DNA of 24,000 bases from positions 932 through 24,931 of the forward strand of contig JBOFHN010000072.1 in the NCBI GenBank assembly GCA_051649665.1, in the 5' to 3' direction. The DNA comes from Culicoidibacterales bacterium (lineage in GTDB: Bacteria; Bacillota_I; Bacilli_A; Culicoidibacterales; JBOFHN01). The translations under genes were made by a program, and so were the position numbers. The notes beneath the pieces were generated by a model. The model made no database searches and was not told the DNA's origin. It was given only the letters and a program-made list of their open reading frames with translations. Every line of letters starts with the position of its first letter. Positions within the stretch are counted from its first letter, which is position 1. Positions 23,479 to 24,000 of the stretch are shown here, piece after piece.

Positions 23479-24000
23479 TTATTTTGTTTTCATGTATAAA
23501 GAACTTGCTAAATAAATAAAATATCCTGCCATACACGCAAAAAATAGACCAAATACCACTTTCATTATTAGTCCAATATTAAACATCATAAAACCTACAA
23601 ATAAAATAGAAAAAAAGACAATTGCAGGAAGGAAAAAAAGAAAAAAGACAATTGTGTAATCTTGTTTATTCACTTTCCTTTGAATATCATGATCGATATT
23701 ACTACTCACTGAAAAATACGGCTGCTTTCTACTATATTTTATTTCAACATCTTGATTTACTTCTTTTATTCTAAGTGTATCAATATATAGTGATTGAACG
23801 AGTTCATCTCCATTCACTTGAAACAACATCGAAATTAAATATACAATTAATCCTAATAGCTTTTTACTTTTTTTCTTTTCATATGCAACTTCAATACTTA
23901 ATTCACCTGCAGCGTCCATTTCAATCAATTCTGCTTTATCTGATAAATAAAATTCTTGAATCAATTTCCCTTGCGATGACACCATCACTTTTTTATAGAT
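23479..24000 (-). CDS. Hypothetical membrane protein, possibly truncated by the window edge
   Basis: The ORF-track start at 23988 is GTG/ATG, but the frame remains open to 24000. It has a soluble N-terminal part, one central hydrophobic segment (LLGLIVYLISMLF) and two or three C-terminal TM helices. I recognise no family. Confidence 0.5.
   Translation of the reverse strand: MYKKVMVSSQGKLIQEFYLSDKAELIEMDAAGELSIEVAYEKKKSKKLLGLIVYLISMLFQVNGDELVQSLYIDTLRIKEVNQDVEIKYSRKQPYFSVSSNIDHDIQRKVNKQDYTIVFFLFFLPAIVFFSILFVGFMMFNIGLIMKVVFGLFFACMAGYFIYLASSLYMKTK

Noticed and set aside
1-24000. Scan for CRISPR arrays, IS or transposase genes, integrases, tRNA or rRNA genes, and defence-island signatures
   Set aside because: None was seen. 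The only tandem repeat is the in-frame 48-bp coding repeat. All large ORFs have housekeeping or common-family assignments apart from the two hypothetical membrane proteins.

Overview
AT-rich, standard-code (TGA is a stop, Trp is TGG) chromosomal core region of a low-GC Firmicutes-type genome; gene content and synteny look Bacilli- or Erysipelotrichia-like. I support about 24 protein genes. Plus strand: trpS-uppP-HAD hydrolase; a large atypical GH13 enzyme; a 4-TM protein with a tandem-repeat tail. Minus strand: a lipoprotein cut by the left edge; a TPP riboswitch followed by thiT-rmuC-yitT; rpsF-ssb-rpsR; a YhgE/Pip membrane protein; an aldo/keto reductase plus GH13 alpha-glucosidase operon; a fused MacB-like ABC transporter, M42 peptidase and yaaA; infC-rpmI-rplT with an ATT start and L20-type leader; hpf; comFA-comFC; and a hypothetical membrane protein at the right edge. 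Several ORF-track starts are over-extended and are trimmed here using SD sequences and homology-typical N-termini. I saw no tRNA or rRNA genes, CRISPR arrays, IS elements or prophage genes. This is mostly housekeeping DNA, not an obvious accessory island. The item most worth follow-up is the 335-bp gap at 14257-14591. It holds a self-contained unit with a strong promoter, three hairpins and an intrinsic terminator. This could be a C-rich-loop sRNA, a leaderless 37-aa hydrophobic peptide, or an attenuator. It sits directly upstream of an uncharacterised membrane protein that carries five 16-aa Q/NPF-rich repeats. Small-feature coordinates were read by eye and may be off by 1-2 nt.
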